DNA of 64,000 bases from the NCBI GenBank assembly GCA_963769935.1, contig CAVYNY010000013.1, forward strand, positions 480,001 to 544,000. Reading direction: 5' to 3'. The stretch's first letter is position 1. Each line of letters starts with the position of its first letter. Source of the DNA: an uncultured delta proteobacterium. GTDB taxonomy: Bacteria > Desulfobacterota > Desulfobacteria > Desulfobacterales > JAFDCJ01. The translations under genes were made by a program, and so were the position numbers. Shown piece after piece: positions 21,652-31,607 of the stretch. The notes under the pieces were generated by a model. That model was given only the letters and a program-made list of their open reading frames with translations, was not told where the DNA came from and did not search any database.

Positions 21652-21779
21652 GCAAACATTTAAGAATTTAGTTGATGATAAAAAAATGCTTTACAAAGAA
21701 TGCATTATGTTTAATTATGATTAGCGCATCCTTTTTCAAATCTTCTCAATTTTTTGCACAATATTAACCTGGAACTGGC

Positions 21780-22545
21780 ATGTATCCTTTTGAGAGAAAA
21801 GAAAAAATTTTGGGTCGGCTGCGCAAAATTGGCCTGATCAACATCAACGAGGACGCCAAATTATTCAATGTGTCCATATCAACCCTCCACCGCGATCTTG
21901 AGGACCTTGAAAAACAGGGACTGGTAAAAAAAGTAATGGGCGGCGCCGTATTAGCAAACGGCAATCAATTCGCGACCCACTTTGACAAACGTCTGCAAAA
22001 TCAAGGTAAAGAAAAAAAGGCGATCGCCAGAAAAGCAGTTCAGTACATTAAAGACGATACGTCGATTTACCTGGACCATTCATCCACCGCTACCTACCTG
22101 GCGCGGGAAATTAAACAGCGCTCATTCAAAAGTCTGCTGGTTTTGACCAATTCGCTTCAGATTCCCGCTGAACTGGGCGGGGTTCAAGGAATACAGGTCA
22201 TCAGTACCGGCGGAGTGGTTGAAAGTGAGTTCAAAGCCCTGTATGGTCGATGGGTGGTTGATTCCATTCAGCGAATCAATTTGAATCAAATTTTCATCTC
22301 GGTCGGGGCTATTTCGGTGGCGAATGGGCTGATGACTCAGATGCACTTCATTAATGACTTGTTTCCGGAATTGTTCCGGCACAGCCAGAATATCAATGTG
22401 CTGGTTGACAGCAGTAAATTTTATAAATTGTGCACATTTCAGATTTCACCTCTGAAACCTTCGTTCACGATTTTTACTGATCAAAGGACTGCCTGAAGAA
22501 ATCAGAAATGAAATTGAAGCCAAAGGGCTAAAAGTCGAAATTTAG
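21780..22545 (+). CDS. DeoR/GlpR family transcriptional regulator; frameshift near 22481
   Basis: VSISTLHRDL..LE, K.AIA, TNSL, DSSKF; corrected end TDKGLPEEIRNEIEAKGLKVEI. Confidence 0.9.
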
Positions 22546-22560
22546 CATATAAACTTTGGT

Positions 22561-24621
22561 TTATTGAAGATCCACCTCAAAAAATCTGCTTCCGACAGGC
22601 AAAAATATAAAACCAAATGCGGAAATATGCTGATTGGTAAGGCTTATATCCTGCAATGAAAGCGGCGAAACCCCGGCATCAATTTTAATCAGGCACTGAT
22701 TCAACCGGGTTTTATCGAGAGCTTGCAACCGCTTGTCCATCGCAAGCCCCGTCTCTTTATGATCCTCAACAAATTGGAAAGCGTTAATTTTCCTTTTCTT
22801 AAAATTCCATATCATCGCGCAAATTTTCATCCATTTTAAGCGGTTAGCGACTTTCAGCCATTTCATGGAGTTAAATCCGTTTAAGAATTGAGCGGCAGCC
22901 AGAAATCGCCTCAACACGTCAATCTCCGGTTCCGTAGCTGTAGTAACATCTTTAAAGTGCTTTTCAACATCTTGGTCCATTTTGACAATCTCTCAAGTAA
23001 GGCGGCCTTTCGTTTTTCAGCGGTAACATTTGAGTGGGCCCGGACGATAAGATCACGTATCGTTCGACGCTGAATCATGTAGGACATCCGGGCGGCATAC
23101 TCAATGGACTTCGCGATACTTGACGCAGTCGTGCCACTTTGATTCAGAATTCACGGCATGCAATAAGAAATGGCAGAAATCATCCAAATATATCCAGGCC
23201 TCCAAAATCTCTTCGGAAGTCAGATCATCCGTTTCGGTGTGGTTTTTTCCCACAAATTCGCCGGCAGCATTAACGCTGATTGCGGGATTTCTTACCGGCC
23301 AGTTCAACTGCTCTTTTTGATTATCAATTAATCGCACGGTTTGTTCTTGCCATATTTTTGTGCCGGGATAAGGAATGGCGATGGAGACCGCTGCATGTCT
23401 GGTAATACGATTAAAGGGCGGGTGATCCATCATAAAAAGGGCGGACCGCCATACACTCTGCCAATCCCTGGCCCGGAAGACCAACCAGCAGATAAAAGGC
23501 GGTGTTGATTTTTAATTCGCGGCACCAGTTCCTCACTTGGACGATCTGATCAAGGGCGGTGTTTTTGCCCAATTTTTTCAATAAGTCCGGATCACCGGAT
23601 TCAACACCAATTTGTAAAAACCGTAATCCGGCAGACTTCATTTGTTTTAGTTGTCCATACACCAATTGATCGGCTCGGGCTTCAGCGGTCCACTCGATTT
23701 GCATTCCGGAGTCTTCAATCAATCGGCAAAATGAGTCAATTCTATTTTTGCGGTTCAAAAAAGTCTCTTGGACAAAAGCAAATTTACGGAATCCCCTGGC
23801 GAACAATTGGCTTATCTCTTCAAAAATATTTTCAGCACTTCGTTCTCTGATTTTTTTATGGTGGATGCTGCGCTGCGCGCAAAAAATACAATCATGCGGA
23901 CAACCATATCCGGACAAAATGTAGATGAGGATGGTTTTGATTTTCTTTCCGGTCTTCTGTATCATCACAAAAAAGATCCAGACTGTCGGAAGGAAACGGA
24001 TAACCATCAAGTCCGAGAATGGGTGTTCGCGGCTGATTTAGAGTAATATTAGCATTGTCGATCTTTGAAGGCGATACCCGCAATTGTTGAAAAATCAGAA
24101 ACATCAGCATGGCATCGTAATAAGGCCAATTCTGACAACGTCTCAACGCCCTCGCCGATGCAAGCAACCTGGAATTCGGATCGTTTCAGGATAATCTTCC
24201 GCTGCAACGGTTACATGCGCGCCCCCGATAATTCTGATTGCATCCGGCACAATCTCTCCGGCAGCCCGGGCAAGAGTCTGCCGCTTCATCGAGTTGAGCA
24301 GAGGTTGCCGTCATGCAAACCATAAGAGGCGCGCATTTGAATCGAGACAAAAAACCAGCCAGATATTCTTTGATGGACTCGACCTTCGGGCTTTAGTGAG
24401 AGATTCAGAACACGGATATCAAATATCGGGTAATAAATTTCAGAATCGAATATGAATTCTTCTTTTCCCAATCGTCCGGCCAGGCGTTTTAAGAATGCTC
24501 TGCTCTGAAGTGCACTTGCCAGGGTGCCGAGACTGAGATAACTTCTTAGCTTATCGTCTTTATCATATCGGTTGGTTCCAAGAGATGGATTAACGAATAA
24601 AATGAAAGGATTTTTTTTCAT
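22561..24621 (-). CDS. B12-binding radical SAM protein; several frameshifts
   Basis: GGAH and GEG (B12 domain), GCPHDCIFC, GVESG, GLPG, PYPGT. Confidence 0.8.
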
Positions 24622-24780
24622 TTTGTAGTTTTAACAAGCTCCAGCAGCAACTCTCCATCAAGAATTGTGCAAAAATACATGAAGCTTATCGGCTTAAGGA
24701 ATAAACAGCCGGACATGTCTATGATTTTATATCTGAATTTCCGGAGTTAGTTGCGGCTTTGCTTGGGTTAGGCACCCTTG

Positions 24781-25452
24781 CTATCCGAATCTCAGCTTGC
24801 GCATGTCTGCAAAATAATCGATGGCGGACGGCGGCAGCTTCTGAATTTGTTCGCCGGTTGCCAGCGCGTGATAATAAATCTGAGAAACATTTTCCAGCAG
24901 TTCCGCATTTTTCATGGCACGCTTCATGTCGGCACCCAGACATAAGGCACCATGATTTTGAATGAGGTAGCAGTGGCAGGCGTTGCCCAGTTTGCCGACG
25001 ACATTGTCGACCAGCTCTGAACTGCCCGAAAACGCATAGGGCACGATCGCCACCTCGTGGCCGATTTCAACGGTGACCTCATCAAACAGCGCCGGAATCG
25101 GCTTATTGATGATCGCCAAAACGCTGGCAAACGGCTGATGCGTGTGAATGACCGCATTAACATCCGGCCGATTTTTGTAGACCCCGATGTGCATTCCGGC
25201 CTCGATGGAAGGCGGCAGGCTGCCTTCGATGGAATTTCGTTCCAAATCTATAACGCAGATATCGTTTTGATTCAGCGAGGAGTAAGACCGCCCCGCAGGC
25301 GTTATGGCGACGATTTTCTCACCCGGGACCCTTACCGAAATGTTCCCGCCGCTGCTCAACTTACCCAGATACCCATGCTCGGCCAACCAGTGGCTGCTGT
25401 CTGACACTTCACGTCTGATTCTGTCGTAATTGCGCACGTCCTCAAACCTCAC
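24781..25452 (-). CDS. Class II aldolase (L-fuculose-phosphate aldolase-like)
   Basis: GGNIS, PSIE..H, HTH, NHG. Confidence 0.9.
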   Translation of the reverse strand: MRFEDVRNYDRIRREVSDSSHWLAEHGYLGKLSSGGNISVRVPGEKIVAITPAGRSYSSLNQNDICVIDLERNSIEGSLPPSIEAGMHIGVYKNRPDVNAVIHTHQPFASVLAIINKPIPALFDEVTVEIGHEVAIVPYAFSGSSELVDNVVGKLGNACHCYLIQNHGALCLGADMKRAMKNAELLENVSQIYYHALATGEQIQKLPPSAIDYFADMRKLRFG

Positions 25453-25491
25453 TTTAGAATGCTTTTAGCAAGGGAACCGCAACGCAGCCGT

Positions 25492-26280
25492 TTATTGCCG
25501 CAGCAAAAATTTCATCAACACCCTGTTAAATGCTTCGGCCTGTTCGATATTGCATAAATGCCTCGCCGACGGCAAAATAACCAGCTGTGAGCCGGCTATC
25601 CGTTCATGGATGGCTTCCGAGGCCGCCACCGGTGTACCGGGATCTTCCTCGCCCACAACGATCAGAGTCGGAAGCGTGATTTCGGATAACCGTTCCAGGT
25701 AGTTGAGCCCGCGCAGGGCTTCGCTGCAGCCGATATATCCGGCCAGCGGGGTTGCCTTGATCTGCTGCCGGATCATCTCTACCTCCGGCGGATTGGCTTT
25801 TAGATACTGCGGTGTAAACCAGCGCTCCAGGGTGCCGTCGACCTGGTCGGCTATGCCGTTTTGGCGGGCGAGTGCAATGCGCTGCTGCAAAATGGGCTGG
25901 GCCTCCGCGGGCATGACAGCCGAGGTATCGCACAAGGCGAGGCTTTCAAGTCTATCTCCGTGGTTCAACGCAAAGGCCTGACCGATCATACCGCCAATGG
26001 ACAGCCCGACAAAATTCACGGCATCGATACCCAGGGCATCCAGCAGGGCAACCGCATCTTCTGCCAGCATTTCCAGGGTATAGACGCCATCCGGCGCTTC
26101 GCTGCGGCCGTGGCCCCGCATGTCGTAGCGCAAAACCTTAAAGTGCGGTTCCAGCGAGCCCAGCTGGGGGTTCCACATCACCATGCTGCTGGACAGCGAA
26201 TGGCTCAGCATGACCACCGGTGCACCTTCCCGGCCGGTAAGTTCATAGTTTATATCGATTCCATTGGCATTAATCTTCAT
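25492..26280 (-). CDS. pcaD: 3-oxoadipate enol-lactonase-like alpha/beta hydrolase
   Basis: SHSL, YDMRGHG, GLSIGG, RWFT, ARHL.N.E. Confidence 0.8.
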   Translation of the reverse strand: MKINANGIDINYELTGREGAPVVMLSHSLSSSMVMWNPQLGSLEPHFKVLRYDMRGHGRSEAPDGVYTLEMLAEDAVALLDALGIDAVNFVGLSIGGMIGQAFALNHGDRLESLALCDTSAVMPAEAQPILQQRIALARQNGIADQVDGTLERWFTPQYLKANPPEVEMIRQQIKATPLAGYIGCSEALRGLNYLERLSEITLPTLIVVGEEDPGTPVAASEAIHERIAGSQLVILPSARHLCNIEQAEAFNRVLMKFLLRQ

Positions 26281-27016
26281 GGTTGCCTCTCCTTTCTTGC
26301 CGATCTTCGGCTCTACGATCCGAACCGGTTCGGCGATCGGATCGAGCGCTTATGCCCTGTCCGGATCTTCGGTCGAATTTCACCGCAAATCCCTCCGGGT
26401 TCCTGCGCACTATCCAGCCTTTTATTTTGGATTTCTTTCGGATTTTACTTCCGGGAAAAACAATTATAACCTTCCCTCCCAGGGAGATTTTTAATTGGGT
26501 CCTGATAAAAGCACCCCCGTGGCTGATGTCGGTAACCAAGCTTCTGTAGTACTGATTTTTATAATCGAAAACCAGCGATTTATTGTAGGTTCTTCGCGGG
26601 TATTCTCTTGGATCTTCATCATCTTTTGCCGGATTAGGCTTCCGATCCGTCTTCCCGATTTCAGCGGATTCGGTGTTTTTAACCAGGGCGTCCCCGGGAT
26701 CTAAATATTGGGCGCCGTAGCCGTATCTGAAAGGAGGAACCGGCAGGCTTTTATGCCATAAAATTTTAACTACAAAGGGCAGCTGGGGCAGGGAATCGTC
26801 GCCGGCTGCGTCCGCAGGTTTTGTTAACTTTAAAAATATCTCCTCGCCGGGATGGATTGTCTGGTCGGATTCAAAATACAGACCGCCTTTGCTGAAATTG
26901 ACTATTTTGCCGGCAAAAATATTTTGATGGGTCAAAAGATCGTGTAGAATAACGGCTTCATGTCTGAACCGTCTGTACTTTCTGCGCTCAATATATATAT
27001 CCACCCCACCTTTCAC
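26270..27016 (-). CDS. Tandem PilZ domain protein
   Basis: RKYRR..NFSKGG and REYPR..DISHGG. Confidence 0.85.
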   Translation of the reverse strand: MKGGVDIYIERRKYRRFRHEAVILHDLLTHQNIFAGKIVNFSKGGLYFESDQTIHPGEEIFLKLTKPADAAGDDSLPQLPFVVKILWHKSLPVPPFRYGYGAQYLDPGDALVKNTESAEIGKTDRKPNPAKDDEDPREYPRRTYNKSLVFDYKNQYYRSLVTDISHGGAFIRTQLKISLGGKVIIVFPGSKIRKKSKIKGWIVRRNPEGFAVKFDRRSGQGISARSDRRTGSDRRAEDRQERRGNHED

Positions 27017-27043
27017 CTTTAACCTGTCCCCCTGACACCTTAT

Positions 27044-28207
27044 TTATCCCAGCAATTCCAAGGCTAACCGGCAGTGAGTTTCCACTCCTAACGGCAGGAC
27101 ATCTTCATTAAAGGTAAATTTGGCATTATGAATCGGCGGCCCGCCTTCCCGTCCTGTGCCGAGAACAAAGTAACAGCCTTTGGCCTTTTGCAGAAAAAAT
27201 GACATGTCTTCCCCGCCCATGGTTTTCTCGGGCTCGACAACTTTCTCAGATCCAACCACTTCGGCCGCGCAGCGGCGCACCAGATCCGACATCTCATCAT
27301 CATTGATGGTGGGCGGATACCCCTTTGAAAATTTAAATTCATATTCAGCCCCCATGGACTCGCAAACGCCGCGAATGACTTTTTCCAGGCGCCCCTGCCA
27401 GGCATGCCAGATATCCAAATCAAATGTTCGGGTGGTGCCGCTCAAAACGGCTTCGCCGGAGATGATGTTAAAGTTGGTCCCGGCGTGAAAACTGCCCACG
27501 GTTACAACGACCGGCTCCTGGGGGTTTATATGTCGGCTGGCGATACGCTGCAGGGCATTGACCACCTGGGTACCCACCTCCAGCGCATCGACACACAAAT
27601 GGGGCATGGCGCCGTGTCCGCCTTTGCCGATTATTTTAAGATCATAGCGATCCATGGCGGCCATGAATGGACCGGATCGGACTCCGATCGTACCTTCCGG
27701 AATATACGGCCATAGGTGGCAGCCGATGGCATAATCGACCTTGGGATTTTCCATCACACCGGCCTTGATCATGGGTTCGGCACCGCCGGGGCCTTCCTCG
27801 GCCGGTTGAAATATAAATTTAACCGTACCGTTAAGGTCATCCTTGATTTTATTCAATACCGTCGCGGCCGCCAGTCCCATGGCCATGTGGGCGTCGTGGC
27901 CGCAGGCATGCATCACGCCGTCATGGGTGGATGCAAACTCAAGGCCGGTATCTTCCTGCAGCGGCAGCGCATCCATATCGGCCCGAATCAGCAGGGTCGG
28001 GCCGGGTCTGCCTGTTTTCAGCAGCCCCACCACTCCGAATTGCGCAATTCCGGTTTGAACCTCCAGGCCTTCCCGGTTCAAATAGTCGGCCACATAGGCC
28101 GACGTCTTTGCTTCAGTGTACCCGGTTTCCGGAATTCGATGCAGATCGCGCCGGCTGTTGATGACCAACTCTTTGTGCGCCATAACCAGCTTCTGAATAT
28201 CAACCAT
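27044..28207 (-). CDS. M20D amidohydrolase (hippurate hydrolase-like)
   Basis: RADMDALP, MHACGHD, FQPAEEG, GGHG, GED. Confidence 0.93.
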   Translation of the reverse strand: MVDIQKLVMAHKELVINSRRDLHRIPETGYTEAKTSAYVADYLNREGLEVQTGIAQFGVVGLLKTGRPGPTLLIRADMDALPLQEDTGLEFASTHDGVMHACGHDAHMAMGLAAATVLNKIKDDLNGTVKFIFQPAEEGPGGAEPMIKAGVMENPKVDYAIGCHLWPYIPEGTIGVRSGPFMAAMDRYDLKIIGKGGHGAMPHLCVDALEVGTQVVNALQRIASRHINPQEPVVVTVGSFHAGTNFNIISGEAVLSGTTRTFDLDIWHAWQGRLEKVIRGVCESMGAEYEFKFSKGYPPTINDDEMSDLVRRCAAEVVGSEKVVEPEKTMGGEDMSFFLQKAKGCYFVLGTGREGGPPIHNAKFTFNEDVLPLGVETHCRLALELLG

Positions 28208-28752
28208 AGCAGAACCTCTTCATAGTATTAAGTTATTTCCCGGATTTAAACCATCAATAAAATTTAGGTGTCAGGCGGATCTCCGTCCGTCAAAGCGGTT
28301 AGCCCATTTTTCACCTCCCACCTTTAACCCTTAGCCTTTAACCTTTCACCTTTAACCTTGGAACCTTCCCTCCGACACCTGAAACCAAAGATTCAAAACC
28401 TATACTCCCTGTCTATGCCACACTTTTACTCCGGGTATCAATGGAAAAAAGAAAACGGTTGACAATTCACCTGACTTTGCAGCATTATCCCGCCAAGGCA
28501 TAAATCCAGCAAAAGACTGATGTGTATAAGCTTCAGGTCTAAGATTTCAGGGCTGCCCGCCCGAATTGCGTGTGGGTATATTTAAAGGGCTCACAAAAAT
28601 AAGGAATCATATCTCCATCCCATCCCAAAAGCGGTAGGCCCGGATAGGGAATGTTGAGTGTTCCAAATCTTGGTCCATGTCGCAAGCAGCATCCAATAGT
28701 AACAACCTTCGAACCCTGAACTTTTGAACTCTGAACCTTTACGGAGGATAGC

Positions 28753-29949
28753 ATGACGGTAGCGTTTGTGGATGGCCCGGTAATTACCGGGGATGGTCGG
28801 ATTCTGGAGCACGCCACGGTGTTGGTGGAAGAAGAAAAAATTGTAAGAGTAGCGCAGGGCGGTATCACCATTCCGCAAAACGCCAAAAAAATTCCGCTGG
28901 ACGGAATGACCCTTTTGCCGGGATTCATCGACGCCCATGTCCACGTTTGCCTCGACGGCAGCCCCGATCCGGTCACCGCGCTGTTAAACGAATCACAGAC
29001 GGCAACCACCCTGAAGGCCGCCCGGGCCGCCGAAAAAACCTTGATGGCCGGCGTGACCACGATCAGAGATATGGGCGGCAAAGACGGCATCGATCTGGGC
29101 CTGCGGCAGGCCGTCAACTCCGGCCTGGTAGCAGGGTCCCGCATGCTGGTAAGCGGCCGCTTGATCTGCATGACCGGCGGCCACGGCTGGCAAATCGGCC
29201 AGGAAGCCAACGGGCCGGATGACGTGCGCCGGGCCGCCCGCGACCAGATCAAAGCCGGGGCCGATATCGTCAAACTTATGGCCACCGGCGGTGTAATGAC
29301 CCCGTCGGTCGAACCGGGCAGCGAGCAGTTGACCGAGGAGGAATTGCGGGCCGGCGTCGAAGAGGCCCACAAAGCCGGCAAAAAGACCGCTACCCATGCC
29401 ATGGGAACCCGCGGCATACTAAATGCCCTGCGGGCCGGCATCGACAGCATCGAGCACGGCGTGTATCTTGACGAGGAAGCGGTGGCCTTGATGGTGGCCA
29501 AAAACGTTCCGCTGATCCCTACCATTTCAGCTCTTTATTTCATTGAAACCAGGGGGGTTGAAGCCGGTATCCCGGCCTATGCCGTCGAAAAAACCCTCAA
29601 GGTAAAACCTTATCATCTGGAGAGTATCCGCATGGCCAGGGAGGCCGGTGTTCCGGTGGCCGCCGGCACAGATGCCGGCACCCCCTTCAATCTGCACGGG
29701 CAGAATCTGAGTGAAATTAAACTGCTGGTGGACTATGGGGGATTTTCCCCCATGGCGGCCATCGAGGCCGGAACCCGCGTTTCGGCCCGGGTTATGGGGC
29801 TGGAAAACAAGCTGGGCACTATTGAAGAAGGCAAGCTCGCCGATATCGTTCTGGTGCAAGGCAATCCCCTGGATGATGTCGGCATCCTGTTGAAGCAGGA
29901 AAACATCCGTCTTGTCATGAAAGGCGGAGAACTGGTAAAAAATCGGTGA
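28753..29949 (+). CDS. Metal-dependent amidohydrolase (prolidase/imidazolonepropionase-like)
   Basis: PGFIDAHVH, GGH, SIEHG, GTDAG, GKLAD. Confidence 0.92.
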   Translation: MTVAFVDGPVITGDGRILEHATVLVEEEKIVRVAQGGITIPQNAKKIPLDGMTLLPGFIDAHVHVCLDGSPDPVTALLNESQTATTLKAARAAEKTLMAGVTTIRDMGGKDGIDLGLRQAVNSGLVAGSRMLVSGRLICMTGGHGWQIGQEANGPDDVRRAARDQIKAGADIVKLMATGGVMTPSVEPGSEQLTEEELRAGVEEAHKAGKKTATHAMGTRGILNALRAGIDSIEHGVYLDEEAVALMVAKNVPLIPTISALYFIETRGVEAGIPAYAVEKTLKVKPYHLESIRMAREAGVPVAAGTDAGTPFNLHGQNLSEIKLLVDYGGFSPMAAIEAGTRVSARVMGLENKLGTIEEGKLADIVLVQGNPLDDVGILLKQENIRLVMKGGELVKNR

Positions 29950-29978
29950 TGTTAAACCACAACAAAAGGAGGAGAGGG

Positions 29979-31538
29979 ATGAGAACGGACAGATTATGGA
30001 ATATGAACGTTTTATTGATTGCTTTGCTGATCACAGGGTTGATGTTTAGCATTGCCCCGCTGAAAGCCCGGGCCGAAATTGATGAACTTATCATCGGTGT
30101 CGGCGTGGATGCCGACACCCTGAACCCGCAGGAACAGACCACGACTTTATTCCAGAACTGGTGTGATTTAATATACGGCAGTTTTTTCTTTCAGGATCCG
30201 GATGGCAAGCTTCATCCCCGGCTGGCAACCGGTTTCGACGTATCGCCAGACGGTCTGACCTGGACCCTGCACCTGCGCCAGGGCGTAAAATTCTCCGACG
30301 GCACCGATTTTAACGCCGATGCGGTCAAGCTGACCTGGGATCGCATCCTGGATCCGAAAATGCGGGTACCCCTGCGATATAACGTCGGCATGGTGAACGA
30401 GTGTGCCAAGATAGACGACTACACGGTGGCGCTCAAGCTAAAATACCCGTTTGCACCTCTGGGGCCGGCGCTATCCATGTCGCTGGTATCCCCCATCAGC
30501 CCTGCCGGCCTTGCCAAATACGGTGAAGAGGTGCGCCAGAATCCGGTGGGCGCCGGCCCCTACATCCTCAAGGAATGGGTCATGGGTGACCACGTCACTA
30601 TGGTCCGCAACGAGAACTACTGGGGCGAGAAGCCGACCGTGGCCAAAATTACCTGGAAAATTGTTCCCGAAGCGGCCACGCGTGAAGCCATGCTGCAGAG
30701 CGGCCAGATTCAAATTTGTTATAAGCCGCTACCGTCCAATGTGGCCTCTCTTCAAGCCGATCCCAACATCACCGTTGAAATGCCGCTGGATACCCGGACC
30801 ATCTTCATGGGGCTCAATTGCCAGAAGGGTGTGACCACCGACAAAAAGGTCCGGCAGGCCTTCAATTATGCCGTAAATAAAAAAGCGATCGTAAATAAGA
30901 TCCTGTTCGGAACGGCCGAACCCATGGAGGGACCGGTCTCACCCGTAGTATTCGGTTATTTCAGAATGGACCATCAGTATGACTACAACCCCGAAAAAGC
31001 CAAACAGCTTCTGAAGGAGGCCAACTTCGATTTTTCCCAGGTCGTCCATATGCGCACTCCCAACGGCCGTTATCTTTTTGACAAACAGGTTTCCGAAGCA
31101 GTTCAGGCTTATCTCCAAGCCATCGGCGTCAATGTCGAGCTGCGCACCTATGACTGGCCGACGTATGTTGCCGGATTGCTGAAACCCCTGGATCAAACCG
31201 AACTGGAAGTATTCCTGCTGGGCTGGGGTCCGCTCATCATGGATGCAGACGGGGGCCTCTATGGTCAGTTTACCTGTGAGGTCAATCCGCCCAAAGGACT
31301 GGGAGCGGCCTTCTACTGCAATCCGGAGTTCGACAAAATTATGAAAGCCTCCCGCAGAGAGCAGGATCCCGAAAAAAGGCTGGCGCTTCTCAAGCAGGCC
31401 TCGGAGATCGTCTGGGACGACTGCCCCTGGCTGTGGCTGCATGTGGAGAAATTCGTCATTGCGTATTCCAGTAAAATCAAGGGCATGGTGGTAACACCGA
31501 CCGAAAAATTCTATCCGCAATACATTACGATGCAATAG
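29979..31538 (+). CDS. Peptide/glutathione-type ABC substrate-binding protein (family 5)
   Basis: LRQGVKFSDG, PVGAGPY, VRQA.NYA. Confidence 0.93.
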   Translation: MRTDRLWNMNVLLIALLITGLMFSIAPLKARAEIDELIIGVGVDADTLNPQEQTTTLFQNWCDLIYGSFFFQDPDGKLHPRLATGFDVSPDGLTWTLHLRQGVKFSDGTDFNADAVKLTWDRILDPKMRVPLRYNVGMVNECAKIDDYTVALKLKYPFAPLGPALSMSLVSPISPAGLAKYGEEVRQNPVGAGPYILKEWVMGDHVTMVRNENYWGEKPTVAKITWKIVPEAATREAMLQSGQIQICYKPLPSNVASLQADPNITVEMPLDTRTIFMGLNCQKGVTTDKKVRQAFNYAVNKKAIVNKILFGTAEPMEGPVSPVVFGYFRMDHQYDYNPEKAKQLLKEANFDFSQVVHMRTPNGRYLFDKQVSEAVQAYLQAIGVNVELRTYDWPTYVAGLLKPLDQTELEVFLLGWGPLIMDADGGLYGQFTCEVNPPKGLGAAFYCNPEFDKIMKASRREQDPEKRLALLKQASEIVWDDCPWLWLHVEKFVIAYSSKIKGMVVTPTEKFYPQYITMQ

Positions 31539-31557
31539 CAGGCAGGATGAAAAATGA

Positions 31558-31585
31558 AGCCGGGGCAGCGGATGCTGCCCCGGCT
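31558..31585 (+). terminator. GC-rich hairpin after binding-protein gene (stabiliser or partial terminator)
   Basis: AGCCGGGGCAGC-GGAT-GCTGCCCCGGCT, no U-tract. Confidence 0.5.
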
Positions 31586-31607
31586 CCATGATTATTACAC
31601 TGACATT

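Noticed and set aside
15490..24400. Programmed frameshifting or selenocysteine read-through
   Set aside because: Breaks are scattered indels without a shared slippery motif, and reading resumes in other frames rather than past an in-frame TGA
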